A DNA stretch of 26,246 nucleotides from Chthoniobacteraceae bacterium (GTDB lineage: Bacteria; Verrucomicrobiota; Verrucomicrobiia; Chthoniobacterales; Chthoniobacteraceae), in contig JANNXQ010000109.1 in the NCBI GenBank assembly GCA_031409655.1, forward strand, positions 1-26,246, in the 5' to 3' direction. The notes under the pieces were generated by a model that worked only from the letters and a program-made list of their open reading frames with translations, was not told the DNA's origin and did not search any database. The first letter of the stretch is position 1, and each line of letters opens with the position of its first letter. A program made the position numbers and the translations under genes. Positions 15,001 through 22,091 of the stretch are shown piece after piece.

Positions 15001-15426
15001 GCGGTCGGCGTCGGCTACATCGCACTTTTCGGCACGGCGATTCAGACCGGTGTGGTCATGGTCGTGTATCTCGAAGAGATGCTGCACAAGCGGCAGCAGG
15101 AGCGCGGCGCCGACTTCAACTACGACGATCTCATCCAGGCTGTGAAAGACGGCGCGAAGCTGCGCCTGCGTCCCAAGGTGATGACCGTCGCCACTACGCT
15201 CGCGAGCTTGCTCCCGGTCTTCTGGATGGATCGCACTGGTTCGGAAGTGATGCAGCCGCTTGCCACGCCTGTCGTCGGCGGCGCGATCAGCAGCCTCATC
15301 CACATCCTCATCGTCACGCCCGTCATCTTCGTCTGGCTGCGGTCGCGCGAGATGGACAAGGCGCGTCGCCTTTCCGACTCCAAGCCGCCGGAGCCCACCC
15401 CCGAACCCGAGCCAGCCCTCGTCTAA
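12040..15426 (+). CDS. cusA: CusA/SilA-family heavy-metal RND efflux pump (likely Cu(I)/Ag(I))
   Basis: DAIPDLTENQVIV, GPDATGLGWVYQY, IAIGVLVDAGIVITEN, RLRPKVMT. Methionine-triad contexts LLFMP, PVEMIET and RILMISTG are present. Confidence 0.96.
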   Translation: MINRFIEWSLRNRFIVACFTLVLVGLGVRALLRTPVDAIPDLTENQVIVFADWTGRSPQEVEDQVTYPLTVNLQGLAGVKTVRATSMFGFSLITVIFKDETDPYFARQRVLERLNYLSGTLPDGVVPKLGPDATGLGWVYQYYLAVDPAKAPQGGYDLAYLRGVQDWFIRYQLNSVPGVAEVGSIGGFVKQYQVEVSSAKLRDRGIPLTMVMEALRKSNLNIGGKTVEENGMEFVVRGLGLVKETADLEDIVLMKQNGTPVFLRDVARIEVGGDFRRGALDVNGREVVGGTVVMRSGENARAVIADVKTKIAQLSPTLPVGVTIKPFYDRSDLIDRTIGTLKHALIEEIILVTLAHVIFLFHFRSILIVTFPLPASILIAFLLMNVFGITSNIMSLSGLIIAIGVLVDAGIVITENVIRHCETEEHRLKRRLTREETMACTLAASRQVGRPIFFAMAIILLSFLPVFALQGQDGKLFHPLAFTKTFALIGSTVLAVSAVPVLCSFLIRGPFHSEDKNYVMRFLMRIYEPSLDWALNHRKTVLIIAASLLALSQIMFWGLPKAVVAQLDGVPALQRLVAGIGSEHMPKLNEGSLLFMPVLSPATSLGEINRVMAWQDEIFASFPEVALAAGKLGRAETATDPAPVEMIETTITLKPKDQWRPGMTLAKLKDEMAQKLMQVPGFVPGGFLQPIENRILMISTGIRAQLGVKILGDNLEALQKKAFEVERLVRTVPGANGVAVSRVVGKPYVEIIPNRKTIARYGLAMEDVLRVAEVGLGGVPVTTVIEGRERYSISLRLERGERDDLTRIGELLIPLPLDGAMTPAAAAPAGGAMGGGMGGGATSGGSMAAATRAAGAVPLGQIAEIRRVTGPNEIASENGRLRVFVQANVQGRDLGSFVEEVKERVAKEIVPNLAPGMTVEYSGEFENQIAFMKTMALVVPLALFIIFVLLFIIYGSAKEAAHVILAVPFALSGSVFLQYALGFPFTAAVGVGYIALFGTAIQTGVVMVVYLEEMLHKRQQERGADFNYDDLIQAVKDGAKLRLRPKVMTVATTLASLLPVFWMDRTGSEVMQPLATPVVGGAISSLIHILIVTPVIFVWLRSREMDKARRLSDSKPPEPTPEPEPALV

Positions 15427-15430
15427 TCCC

Positions 15431-16747
15431 ATGCGTATTTTACCCACACTCCTCATCGTGCTCGCCACCGCCGGCTTCGCGCTCGGCGAAGACTTTACGC
15501 CGGAGACCGCCGCGGCCTACGCGTTGCGCCACAACAAAGACCTGGTCGCCGCGCGGCACGTCATCGCCGAAGCCGAGGGTCGGCTCGTGCAGGCCGGGCT
15601 CTGGAACAATCCCGAGTTCGAGTTTCGCACCGAGTTCGACGCGCGCACCAAAGATGGCAAGCGGCTCTACGAGGGCGGTTTCGTGCAGCGGTTTCCGTGG
15701 TCGGGAAGATTGGCCCAGGCGCGCGCCGTCGCCCGTGTGGATGTGGCGATGGCCGTCGAGGAGCTGCGCGACAAGGAGCGCATGCTCGCCGGAAACGTGC
15801 TCGGCAAAGCGCGTGCGCTGCTCGCGGTGGATCGCAAGCTCGGCATCAACGCCGACAACCGCTCCCTGCTCGACCGCATCTTCAAGCAGACGAGCGCCCT
15901 CACCGCGACGGGCAAGGCGACAGCCGCGGAAGCGCGCGTCATCGAACTGGAGCAGACCACGCTCGATCTCAGCCGCGAGGCGCTGGTCGTCGAGCGCCGG
16001 GCGAAGCTCGCGGAGCTGAACGGCCTGCTCGGACGGGCGCCCGACGATGGCATGAACATGGGCGGTGCGTTCCCGGAAGCACCCGACGCGGCCGCGCTGC
16101 GTGCCGCCGCCGCGCAGGCCGTGAGCCGCCGTCCCGACCGCCAGCTCGCCGCGCTCCAGATCGACAAATCGCAAGCCGAGCAGCGTCTCGCGAAAGCAGA
16201 GCGCTGGGAAGACATCGGCATTGGCGCGAACCTTGTCCGCGAACGCGAGGAAGGCATGTATGAGACGATGGTCGGCATCGGCGTCGCGATCCCGCTCCCG
16301 CTGTGGAATCGCAACCAGGGTCGCATTGCCGAAACGCAGGCCGCGCAGCAGCGCGCGACCGCCGCCGTCGCCGCGCTCGACCTCACCATCGCCACCGAGA
16401 TTCGCGAAGCGGAGGCGCGTGTGACCGGACTCGCGAGCGTGCTCACGCGAACCCGCGGACCCGCGCTGGACCTCGCGCGCCAGACCACAAAGCTCATTGA
16501 GGAAACCTACGCCAGCGGCACCGCGTCGTTTCTCACCGTCTTCGAGAGTCGCAAGCAGCGCCTCGCCATTGAGCAATCCGGCATCGACACCGAAGAACAA
16601 CTCGCGGCGGCGATCACCGATTGGGAAGTGCGCTCGGCCCACTTTCCCGCCCCCGTCCGCGCCGCCCTCGCCTCCGAAGGCCGCCGAGCACCGAAAGCAG
16701 CCGCTGCGAAAACGATCCTCAAACCCGCCAAACGCACTTCGCGCTGA
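15431..16747 (+). CDS. Outer membrane efflux factor (TolC/CzcC/CusC family)
   Basis: ATG at 15431 with a signal peptide; AGLWNNP, RRPD, IPLPLWNRNQGRI and Y..G..SFL.V motifs. Confidence 0.92.
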   Translation: MRILPTLLIVLATAGFALGEDFTPETAAAYALRHNKDLVAARHVIAEAEGRLVQAGLWNNPEFEFRTEFDARTKDGKRLYEGGFVQRFPWSGRLAQARAVARVDVAMAVEELRDKERMLAGNVLGKARALLAVDRKLGINADNRSLLDRIFKQTSALTATGKATAAEARVIELEQTTLDLSREALVVERRAKLAELNGLLGRAPDDGMNMGGAFPEAPDAAALRAAAAQAVSRRPDRQLAALQIDKSQAEQRLAKAERWEDIGIGANLVREREEGMYETMVGIGVAIPLPLWNRNQGRIAETQAAQQRATAAVAALDLTIATEIREAEARVTGLASVLTRTRGPALDLARQTTKLIEETYASGTASFLTVFESRKQRLAIEQSGIDTEEQLAAAITDWEVRSAHFPAPVRAALASEGRRAPKAAAAKTILKPAKRTSR

Positions 16748-16786
16748 CCTGAACTTAAACCCATCACCACCAAACCAACACACACC

Positions 16787-16900
16787 ATGACCAAACGCCT
16801 CCTCCTCCTCACCCTCGCGCTCTTCGCCGTCGCCGGGCTCTCCGCCTGCGCGACGAGAGAGAAACCGCATCATTCCGCCGGCGGCGCTTGCTGCCACTAA
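16787..16900 (+). CDS. 37-aa small lipoprotein with a His/Cys-rich mature peptide
   Basis: MTKRLLLLTLALFAVAGLSA-CATREKPHHSAGGACCH*; lipobox LSAC; A/C-rich leader. Below the ORF track size cutoff. Confidence 0.8.
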   Translation: MTKRLLLLTLALFAVAGLSACATREKPHHSAGGACCH

Positions 16901-16990
16901 CATTGGCACATCGGGATGAAGCGACAGGACAACTCTAAGCCAAAACGGGCGCACGAAGCGCTGCGCAAGGCCGCGGAACCGTGCTGTCTA

Positions 16991-17018
16991 GCGAGGGGTT
17001 TCACCCCGGACGGTGTGT
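16991..17018 (+). promoter_or_regulatory. Putative ECF-sigma promoter, copy 2
   Basis: GCGAGGGGTTT...CGGTGTGT, ending 8 nt before ATG 17027. Confidence 0.5.
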
Positions 17019-17026
17019 AGAAGCTT

Positions 17027-17914
17027 ATGACGCCGCTTTCCCATGATCCGACGCCCATCGGCACGCTCTCCGCGTCGCGGATGTATCAGGATTACGCACG
17101 GGCCTTCACCCGCGGCACCGGGCTGCCGCTGCGTCTGCACGCGCCGGAGCTGATGCGCGTCCTCGAATTCGACCGCAAGGCCGAGAACCCGTTCTGCGCC
17201 TTGATGGCGAAGACGAATCAATCCTGCGCCGCCTGCTACGGACTCCAGCAGAAGCTCGAAGCAGAAGCGCAGCTTGAGCCGAAAACCCTCAAGTGCTTCG
17301 CCGGCCTGTGCGAGACGGCGGTGCCCGTGCGCGTCGGCGACAAGCTCATCGCCTTTCTCCAGACCGGGCAAATCCTCCTGCACCGCCCTAATCGCACCGA
17401 GTTCAACAAGGTCGCGCAGACGCTGCTGTCCTTCGGTGCGCAGGTTGATTTGAAGCGACTGGAGGAAGCCTACTTCAACACCCGCGTGCTCTCGAAGCAG
17501 CAATACGAGGCCCTCATCCGGTTGCTGGCGATTTTCGCCGAGCACCTCGGCGAGTGCGCCGCGGCACTCGCTCTGGAAGCCCACCCGGAAGAACCGTTGG
17601 CCATCGCGCGCGCCCGGATCATCATTGCCGAACAGTCACACGACGAAATGTCGCTCGCAGCCGTCGCCCATGCAGTGAACATGAGCGCGAGCTACTTCAG
17701 CGAGAAGTTCAAGGAGATCACCGGCCTCAACTTCGTCGCCTACGTCGCGCGCACCCGAATCGAGAAGGCGCGGAACCTTCTGCACAACCCGAATCTGCGG
17801 ATCAGCGAGATCGCGTTCGAGGTCGGCTTTCAATCGCTCTCGCAGTTCAACCGCGCCTTCAAACAAGTGACCGGCAAGGCCCCGAGCGAATACCGGCGGT
17901 CGCTCGCGGAATAA
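17027..17914 (+). CDS. AraC-family regulator with a PocR ligand-binding domain
   Basis: NPFCALM, CAAC, KCFAGLCETAVPV and GQ (PocR domain); C-terminal ISEIAFEVGFQSLSQFNRAFKQVTGKAPSEYR (AraC HTH). Confidence 0.93.
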   Translation: MTPLSHDPTPIGTLSASRMYQDYARAFTRGTGLPLRLHAPELMRVLEFDRKAENPFCALMAKTNQSCAACYGLQQKLEAEAQLEPKTLKCFAGLCETAVPVRVGDKLIAFLQTGQILLHRPNRTEFNKVAQTLLSFGAQVDLKRLEEAYFNTRVLSKQQYEALIRLLAIFAEHLGECAAALALEAHPEEPLAIARARIIIAEQSHDEMSLAAVAHAVNMSASYFSEKFKEITGLNFVAYVARTRIEKARNLLHNPNLRISEIAFEVGFQSLSQFNRAFKQVTGKAPSEYRRSLAE

Positions 17915-19188
17915 TGAAGGAGCGGGATGCGGCACCACGCACCGGAAAGCAGCCGTGGGTCGGCGCGGGGCTTATCATGGCGGCGAGCGGCATCGGCGCG
18001 AGCGACATCATCATCGCGACCGTGGGCGGCGCGACGCACGGCGCACGATTGCTCTGGGCGCTGGCGCTCGGCGCGTTCCTCAAATTTCTGCTCAGCGAAG
18101 GACTCGCCCGCTGGCAGCTCGCCACGGGCACGACGGCGCTGGAAGGCTGGGCGCGTCATCTGCCGCGATGGGTGCTGCCGCTTTTCCTGACGTACCTCGT
18201 GGTGTGGTCGGTCGCGGTGAGCGGCGCGCTCGTGAGCGGCTGTGGACTTGCGATCGAAAATCTCAGCGGTGGCGCCGTGCCGCGATCCTGGGGCGGGCTG
18301 GCCCACGCCGCGCTCGCCTTCGCGCTCATCGTTCCGGGCCGGACGACGTGGTTCATGCGCGTGATGCGCCCGCTGATCGCGGTGATGTTCATCTCCATCG
18401 TGGTGTGCGCGGCGCTGACCTTTCGCGAGCCGATGGCGGTCGCGCGAGGGCTCTTCATTCCCTCGATCCCCGCCAATGCCGGGACTTACGTGCTTTCGCT
18501 GGTCGGCGGAATCGGCGGCTCGGTCACGCTGTTGAGTTACAACTATCTGCTGCGTGACGAAGGCCGCGTGGATGCGCGCAATCTCCGCGCGGTGCGGTGG
18601 GATCTCGCGGTTGCCTACATTCTCACGGCTATTTTCGGATTGTCCGTGATGCTGATCGCCAACCGCGTCTTCTTTACCGCTGGCGTCGCGATCACGGATG
18701 GCACCGCTGTCACGCGCATGGCGGCGCAACTGGGACAGTTGCTCGGTCCGGCCGGCTTCTACATCTACTCCCTCGGATTCTGGGCCGCCGTCGTGGCCTC
18801 GCTGGTCGGAGTGTGGCAGACGGTGCCAAGCATCTTCGCGGATGGCTTCGCGCTGTGGCGCAAGCTGGAGCCGAAGCCGCGGGAGCAGGCGGTGCGCAGC
18901 GATGGTGTGCCCTATCGCGCGGCGCTGATTTTCATGGCGGTCGCGTCGGTGCCGTTTGCGTTGCTCGGCCGGCCGGTGCTGGTGGTCGTCATCTTCACGG
19001 TCGTCGGCAGCCTCTTTGTTCCATTCGTGGCCGCGACGTTACTTTACCTCAACAACCGCGTCGCCTGGTCTGCGCCTGTCCGCCACAATGGCCGCGCGAT
19101 CAACGGGCTGCTCTGGCTGGTGCTCATCCTCTTCGTCGCGATCGGCGCGCTCGAAATTTCCGCGCTCATTCCTTCGCCCGAGCGCTGA
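17914..19188 (+). CDS. Nramp-family-like divalent metal transporter
   Basis: ATG overlaps the upstream TAA. GAGLIMAASGIGASD, LLWAL, EGLARWQLATG and many TM segments. Confidence 0.8.
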   Translation: MKERDAAPRTGKQPWVGAGLIMAASGIGASDIIIATVGGATHGARLLWALALGAFLKFLLSEGLARWQLATGTTALEGWARHLPRWVLPLFLTYLVVWSVAVSGALVSGCGLAIENLSGGAVPRSWGGLAHAALAFALIVPGRTTWFMRVMRPLIAVMFISIVVCAALTFREPMAVARGLFIPSIPANAGTYVLSLVGGIGGSVTLLSYNYLLRDEGRVDARNLRAVRWDLAVAYILTAIFGLSVMLIANRVFFTAGVAITDGTAVTRMAAQLGQLLGPAGFYIYSLGFWAAVVASLVGVWQTVPSIFADGFALWRKLEPKPREQAVRSDGVPYRAALIFMAVASVPFALLGRPVLVVVIFTVVGSLFVPFVAATLLYLNNRVAWSAPVRHNGRAINGLLWLVLILFVAIGALEISALIPSPER

Positions 19189-19238
19189 ATGCGATCCGAA
19201 AAAACGCGGAGTCTTTCCGGGCGGATGCGTAGCCGCCT

Positions 19239-19266
19239 TTTAGAGGTACCACGATGCTTGGTGTGT
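19239..19266 (+). promoter_or_regulatory. Putative ECF-sigma promoter, copy 3 (weaker)
   Basis: TTTAGAGGTACC...TGGTGTGT with the same offset as copies 1 and 2; shares GGTGTGTGA with copy 1. Confidence 0.35.
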
Positions 19267-19321
19267 GAACGGCAACGTGCCGCTAAGACAAAAACAAAAC
19301 CTCAAAACAGAAAGACACGAA

Positions 19322-19717
19322 ATGAAACTGACTAAACTCCACCTCGCCCTCGCTCTCGGAGCGGCGATTTTCACCACCTCCGCACTCGCTGGCCCTGGCC
19401 CTGGCACTTGGCCGCCGAACTTCCCGACCCACGTCAAGACGAAGGCGGAAGCTGAGTCGTGCTGCCTGCCAAAGGAGAAAGTCGCGCTCGCCTGCGTGGA
19501 CTGCAAAACGGTTACCGAGAAGGGCGGCGAGGACAAAAAGGGCATCCTCGGCTGGTTCAAATCCGACTCGATGCACGACTGCTCCGGGTGCAAAGGCAAG
19601 GTCACATACAAGGAACACGGCCCCGGGAAAGGAACCGGAAGCGCGCAATACAAGCACGTCTGCTCCAAGTGCGGACCGGACTCAGCCTACACCTGCGCCA
19701 CCCACAAGAAGGGCTGA
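19322..19717 (+). CDS. Secreted Cys-rich protein (AGPG group; three CxxC)
   Basis: Signal peptide ending SALA then GPGPG; CC, CVDC, CSGC, CSKC and C-terminal CATH. Confidence 0.85.
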   Translation: MKLTKLHLALALGAAIFTTSALAGPGPGTWPPNFPTHVKTKAEAESCCLPKEKVALACVDCKTVTEKGGEDKKGILGWFKSDSMHDCSGCKGKVTYKEHGPGKGTGSAQYKHVCSKCGPDSAYTCATHKKG

Positions 19718-19766
19718 GCCGGAGTCGCAAGACCCTGCTCCGAAGACCAAACACCAAATCGAAAAC

Positions 19767-20126
19767 ATGAAAATGAAATCACTGAAACTAACTCTGCTGC
19801 TCGGCGCTGCCCTCGCGACGATGAACCTGGCGGCATACGCCGGACCCGGCTCCACAATATTCCGACCGGTCAACTCGACGCAGCTTGGCGCGCTCAAGCC
19901 GGGCACCCAAGTCGCGCACGAATGCCCACACTGCGGAACGATCGCGGTCTCCAAGGTGGGCAAGGACCAGGCCCACGCGAAAGGCCACACCTGCCCGGAA
20001 TGCAAAATGAAAATCACCTATCGCGTTTCCGGCAGTGGCAAGGCTCCCAGCACCCGCTTGATCGACTGCGTGGACGTGAAGACCGGCAAGAAAATGTCGG
20101 CGCGCGTCTGCGCGGCGCACAAATAA
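19767..20126 (+). CDS. Secreted Cys-rich protein (AGPG group), apparent paralog of 19322-19717
   Basis: Signal peptide ending AYA then GPGS; CPHC, HTCPECKMKITY, GSGK and C-terminal CAAH align with the neighbour. Confidence 0.85.
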   Translation: MKMKSLKLTLLLGAALATMNLAAYAGPGSTIFRPVNSTQLGALKPGTQVAHECPHCGTIAVSKVGKDQAHAKGHTCPECKMKITYRVSGSGKAPSTRLIDCVDVKTGKKMSARVCAAHK

Positions 20127-20157
20127 TTCAGCACCCTCGGGAATCTAAATTCCGGGC

Positions 20158-20192
20158 GGAGTCGCCTGGCGCAATCAGCGCCGGGCGACTCC
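20158..20192 (+). terminator. Intergenic hairpin
   Basis: GGAGTCGCCTGGCGC-AATCA-GCGCCGGGCGACTCC, a 15-bp stem with one G-U pair. Confidence 0.5.
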
Positions 20193-20209
20193 TCCGGTTC
20201 CTCCTGCCG

Positions 20210-20512
20210 ATGTTCCGCAAGCTCAAGACCGTCATGGTCGAGCTAAGCACGCCGCAAGGTTCCGTTTTCTCCGGCCCTGCGGGGGGCGTGGAATTGCGAA
20301 CGACGGACGGCACCATCGCCATCAATCCGCGCGAGGAGAGTTACCTCAACCTGACCCGCACCACGGAGATCACGCTGCGCGTCGGCACGGAGTTCATTCG
20401 TTTCGTGCTGAAAAACGCCGCCGCAAGTCTTCGCGAAGGGCGGCTCACGGTGCTCGCGGAGGAGATTCACGCCGCGGAACTGCCTGCGTGCGGCGCAGGC
20501 AGCGACATTTGA
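20210..20512 (+). CDS. Orphan ATP synthase epsilon N-terminal beta-sandwich-like protein
   Basis: VELSTPQGSVFSG..GGVELRTTDG.IAINP and GRLTVLAEE follow the epsilon-subunit pattern; the C-terminal helical hairpin is absent. Confidence 0.6.
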   Translation: MFRKLKTVMVELSTPQGSVFSGPAGGVELRTTDGTIAINPREESYLNLTRTTEITLRVGTEFIRFVLKNAAASLREGRLTVLAEEIHAAELPACGAGSDI

Positions 20513-20531
20513 ATCACGACAAACCACGCTC

Positions 20532-22034
20532 ATGACCACGACCACACCCCGCTCGAAGATTTTCCTCCGCATCGGCATCGTGCTCGCGATCCTTGTGGCG
20601 CTCGTGGCGCTGGCTGGAAAGTTCGCTTCCAGCTCCGGCGGAGACGCGAGCCTCAGTGCCGCCGGGAGCCAGGTGTGGACCTGCTCGATGCACCCGCAGG
20701 TGCGGTTGCCGAAACCGGGCAAGTGCCCGATCTGCTCGATGCCGCTCGTGCGCGCCGCCGCGCCAGCCGGGAAGAGCACCGATGCCGCAGACGAATCGAT
20801 GCTCACGCTGTCCGACCACGCGCGGGCGATGGCTTCGGTCGAAACCGCGCCCATTGAGCGCCGGAAACTCGCCCAGGAAATCCGCGCCGTCGGCAAGGTG
20901 CAATACAACGAGCGCGGCCTCGCGACGATCACCGCGCGCGTCGATGGCTACATCGAGCGGCTGTTCATCGACTTCACCGGCGTCGAGGTGAAGGTCGGCG
21001 ATCATCTCGTCGAGATTTACAGCCCCGATCTCGTCACCGGACAGCAGGAGTTGCTGATGGCGAGCGAGCAGCCCGGCTCGCCGCTCGCCGCGGCCGGCAA
21101 GCTGAAGCTGCGGCGTTGGGAAATGACCGACGAGCAGGTCGCGGAGCTGCTGCGCACGCGCAAGATCACCGAGCGGCTGACGCTGGTTTCGCCGATCAGC
21201 GGCACGGTCACGGAAAAGATGGTCGTGGAAAAGAGCGCGGTGAAGCCGGGCGATGTGCTCTACCGATTGGCCAATCTCGAATCCGTCTGGGTCTATCTGG
21301 ACATCTACGAATACGAACTGCCGTGGGTGCGCTACGGGCAGCCGGTCGAGATCACGACCGAGGCATCGCCCGGCGAGACCTTCACGGGCCGCGTGTGGTT
21401 CATCAACCCGGTGCTCACCGACGAATCGCGCACGGTGAAGGTGCTCGTGAACATCGCGAACAAGGACAAGAAGCTGAAGCCAGGCATGTTCGTCAGCACC
21501 ACCATCCGCGCGGCATTGCTCGCCAACGGCCAGCTCGCGCCCACCGGAGTGGAGGGACAATGGACCTGCGTAATGCACCCGCAGATCCTCAAACCGGAGG
21601 GCAGCGAATGCCCCGTGTGCAAGATGGCGCTGACGCAAATCCCGGCGGTTGCAAAACCCGCGACTCCCGAGGAGGGGCTGGTTCTCGCGGTGCCCGTGAC
21701 GGCGGTGCTCGACAGCGGCATCCGCAAGATCGCCTACGTCGAACGCGCGCCGGGCGAATACGTTGCCGCCGCTCTCAAGCTCGGGCCGCGTGCGGGGGAC
21801 TTCTATCCAGTCATCGAAGGCTTGAAGGAAGGTGATCTCGTCGCGGTGCGCGGGAACTTCCTGCTCGATTCGCAGTTTCAAATCAGCGGCCTGCCGAGCC
21901 TCTTCTACGAACACGGCCAGGCACCCACGGCTGGCCACAACCATGGCGCGGCGGCTGACAAACCAGCGCCTGCGCCGAAACCGACCGGGCACGAAGGCCA
22001 CGCCATGCCAAAGCCAGCGGAACACAAGCCGTAA
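20532..22034 (+). CDS. Second CusB-like RND periplasmic adaptor with two heavy-metal-binding domains and a His-rich tail
   Basis: WTCSMHPQVRLPKPGKCPICSMPL; ARVDGYIERLFIDFTG; WTCVMHPQI..CPVCKMAL; GNFLLDSQ; GHNHG and GHEGH. Confidence 0.92.
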   Translation: MTTTTPRSKIFLRIGIVLAILVALVALAGKFASSSGGDASLSAAGSQVWTCSMHPQVRLPKPGKCPICSMPLVRAAAPAGKSTDAADESMLTLSDHARAMASVETAPIERRKLAQEIRAVGKVQYNERGLATITARVDGYIERLFIDFTGVEVKVGDHLVEIYSPDLVTGQQELLMASEQPGSPLAAAGKLKLRRWEMTDEQVAELLRTRKITERLTLVSPISGTVTEKMVVEKSAVKPGDVLYRLANLESVWVYLDIYEYELPWVRYGQPVEITTEASPGETFTGRVWFINPVLTDESRTVKVLVNIANKDKKLKPGMFVSTTIRAALLANGQLAPTGVEGQWTCVMHPQILKPEGSECPVCKMALTQIPAVAKPATPEEGLVLAVPVTAVLDSGIRKIAYVERAPGEYVAAALKLGPRAGDFYPVIEGLKEGDLVAVRGNFLLDSQFQISGLPSLFYEHGQAPTAGHNHGAAADKPAPAPKPTGHEGHAMPKPAEHKP

Positions 22035-22091
22035 TGATGTGGCGCAGGCACTTCCGCGACCTCCTCTCCCAAAACTGAATCGAACCCAACC

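Noticed and set aside
10141..15468. Long minus-strand ORFs (10141-12612, 12991-15468)
   Set aside because: Antisense shadows of the high-GC cusB and cusA genes, with no recognisable motifs.
16787..16900. Small Cys-rich peptides as RiPP precursors
   Set aside because: No modifying enzymes or peptide exporters are nearby, and they carry ordinary Sec or lipoprotein signals.
16903..16920. TTGGCAC as a sigma54 -24 box upstream of the AraC gene
   Set aside because: There is no TTGC -12 element at the required spacing.
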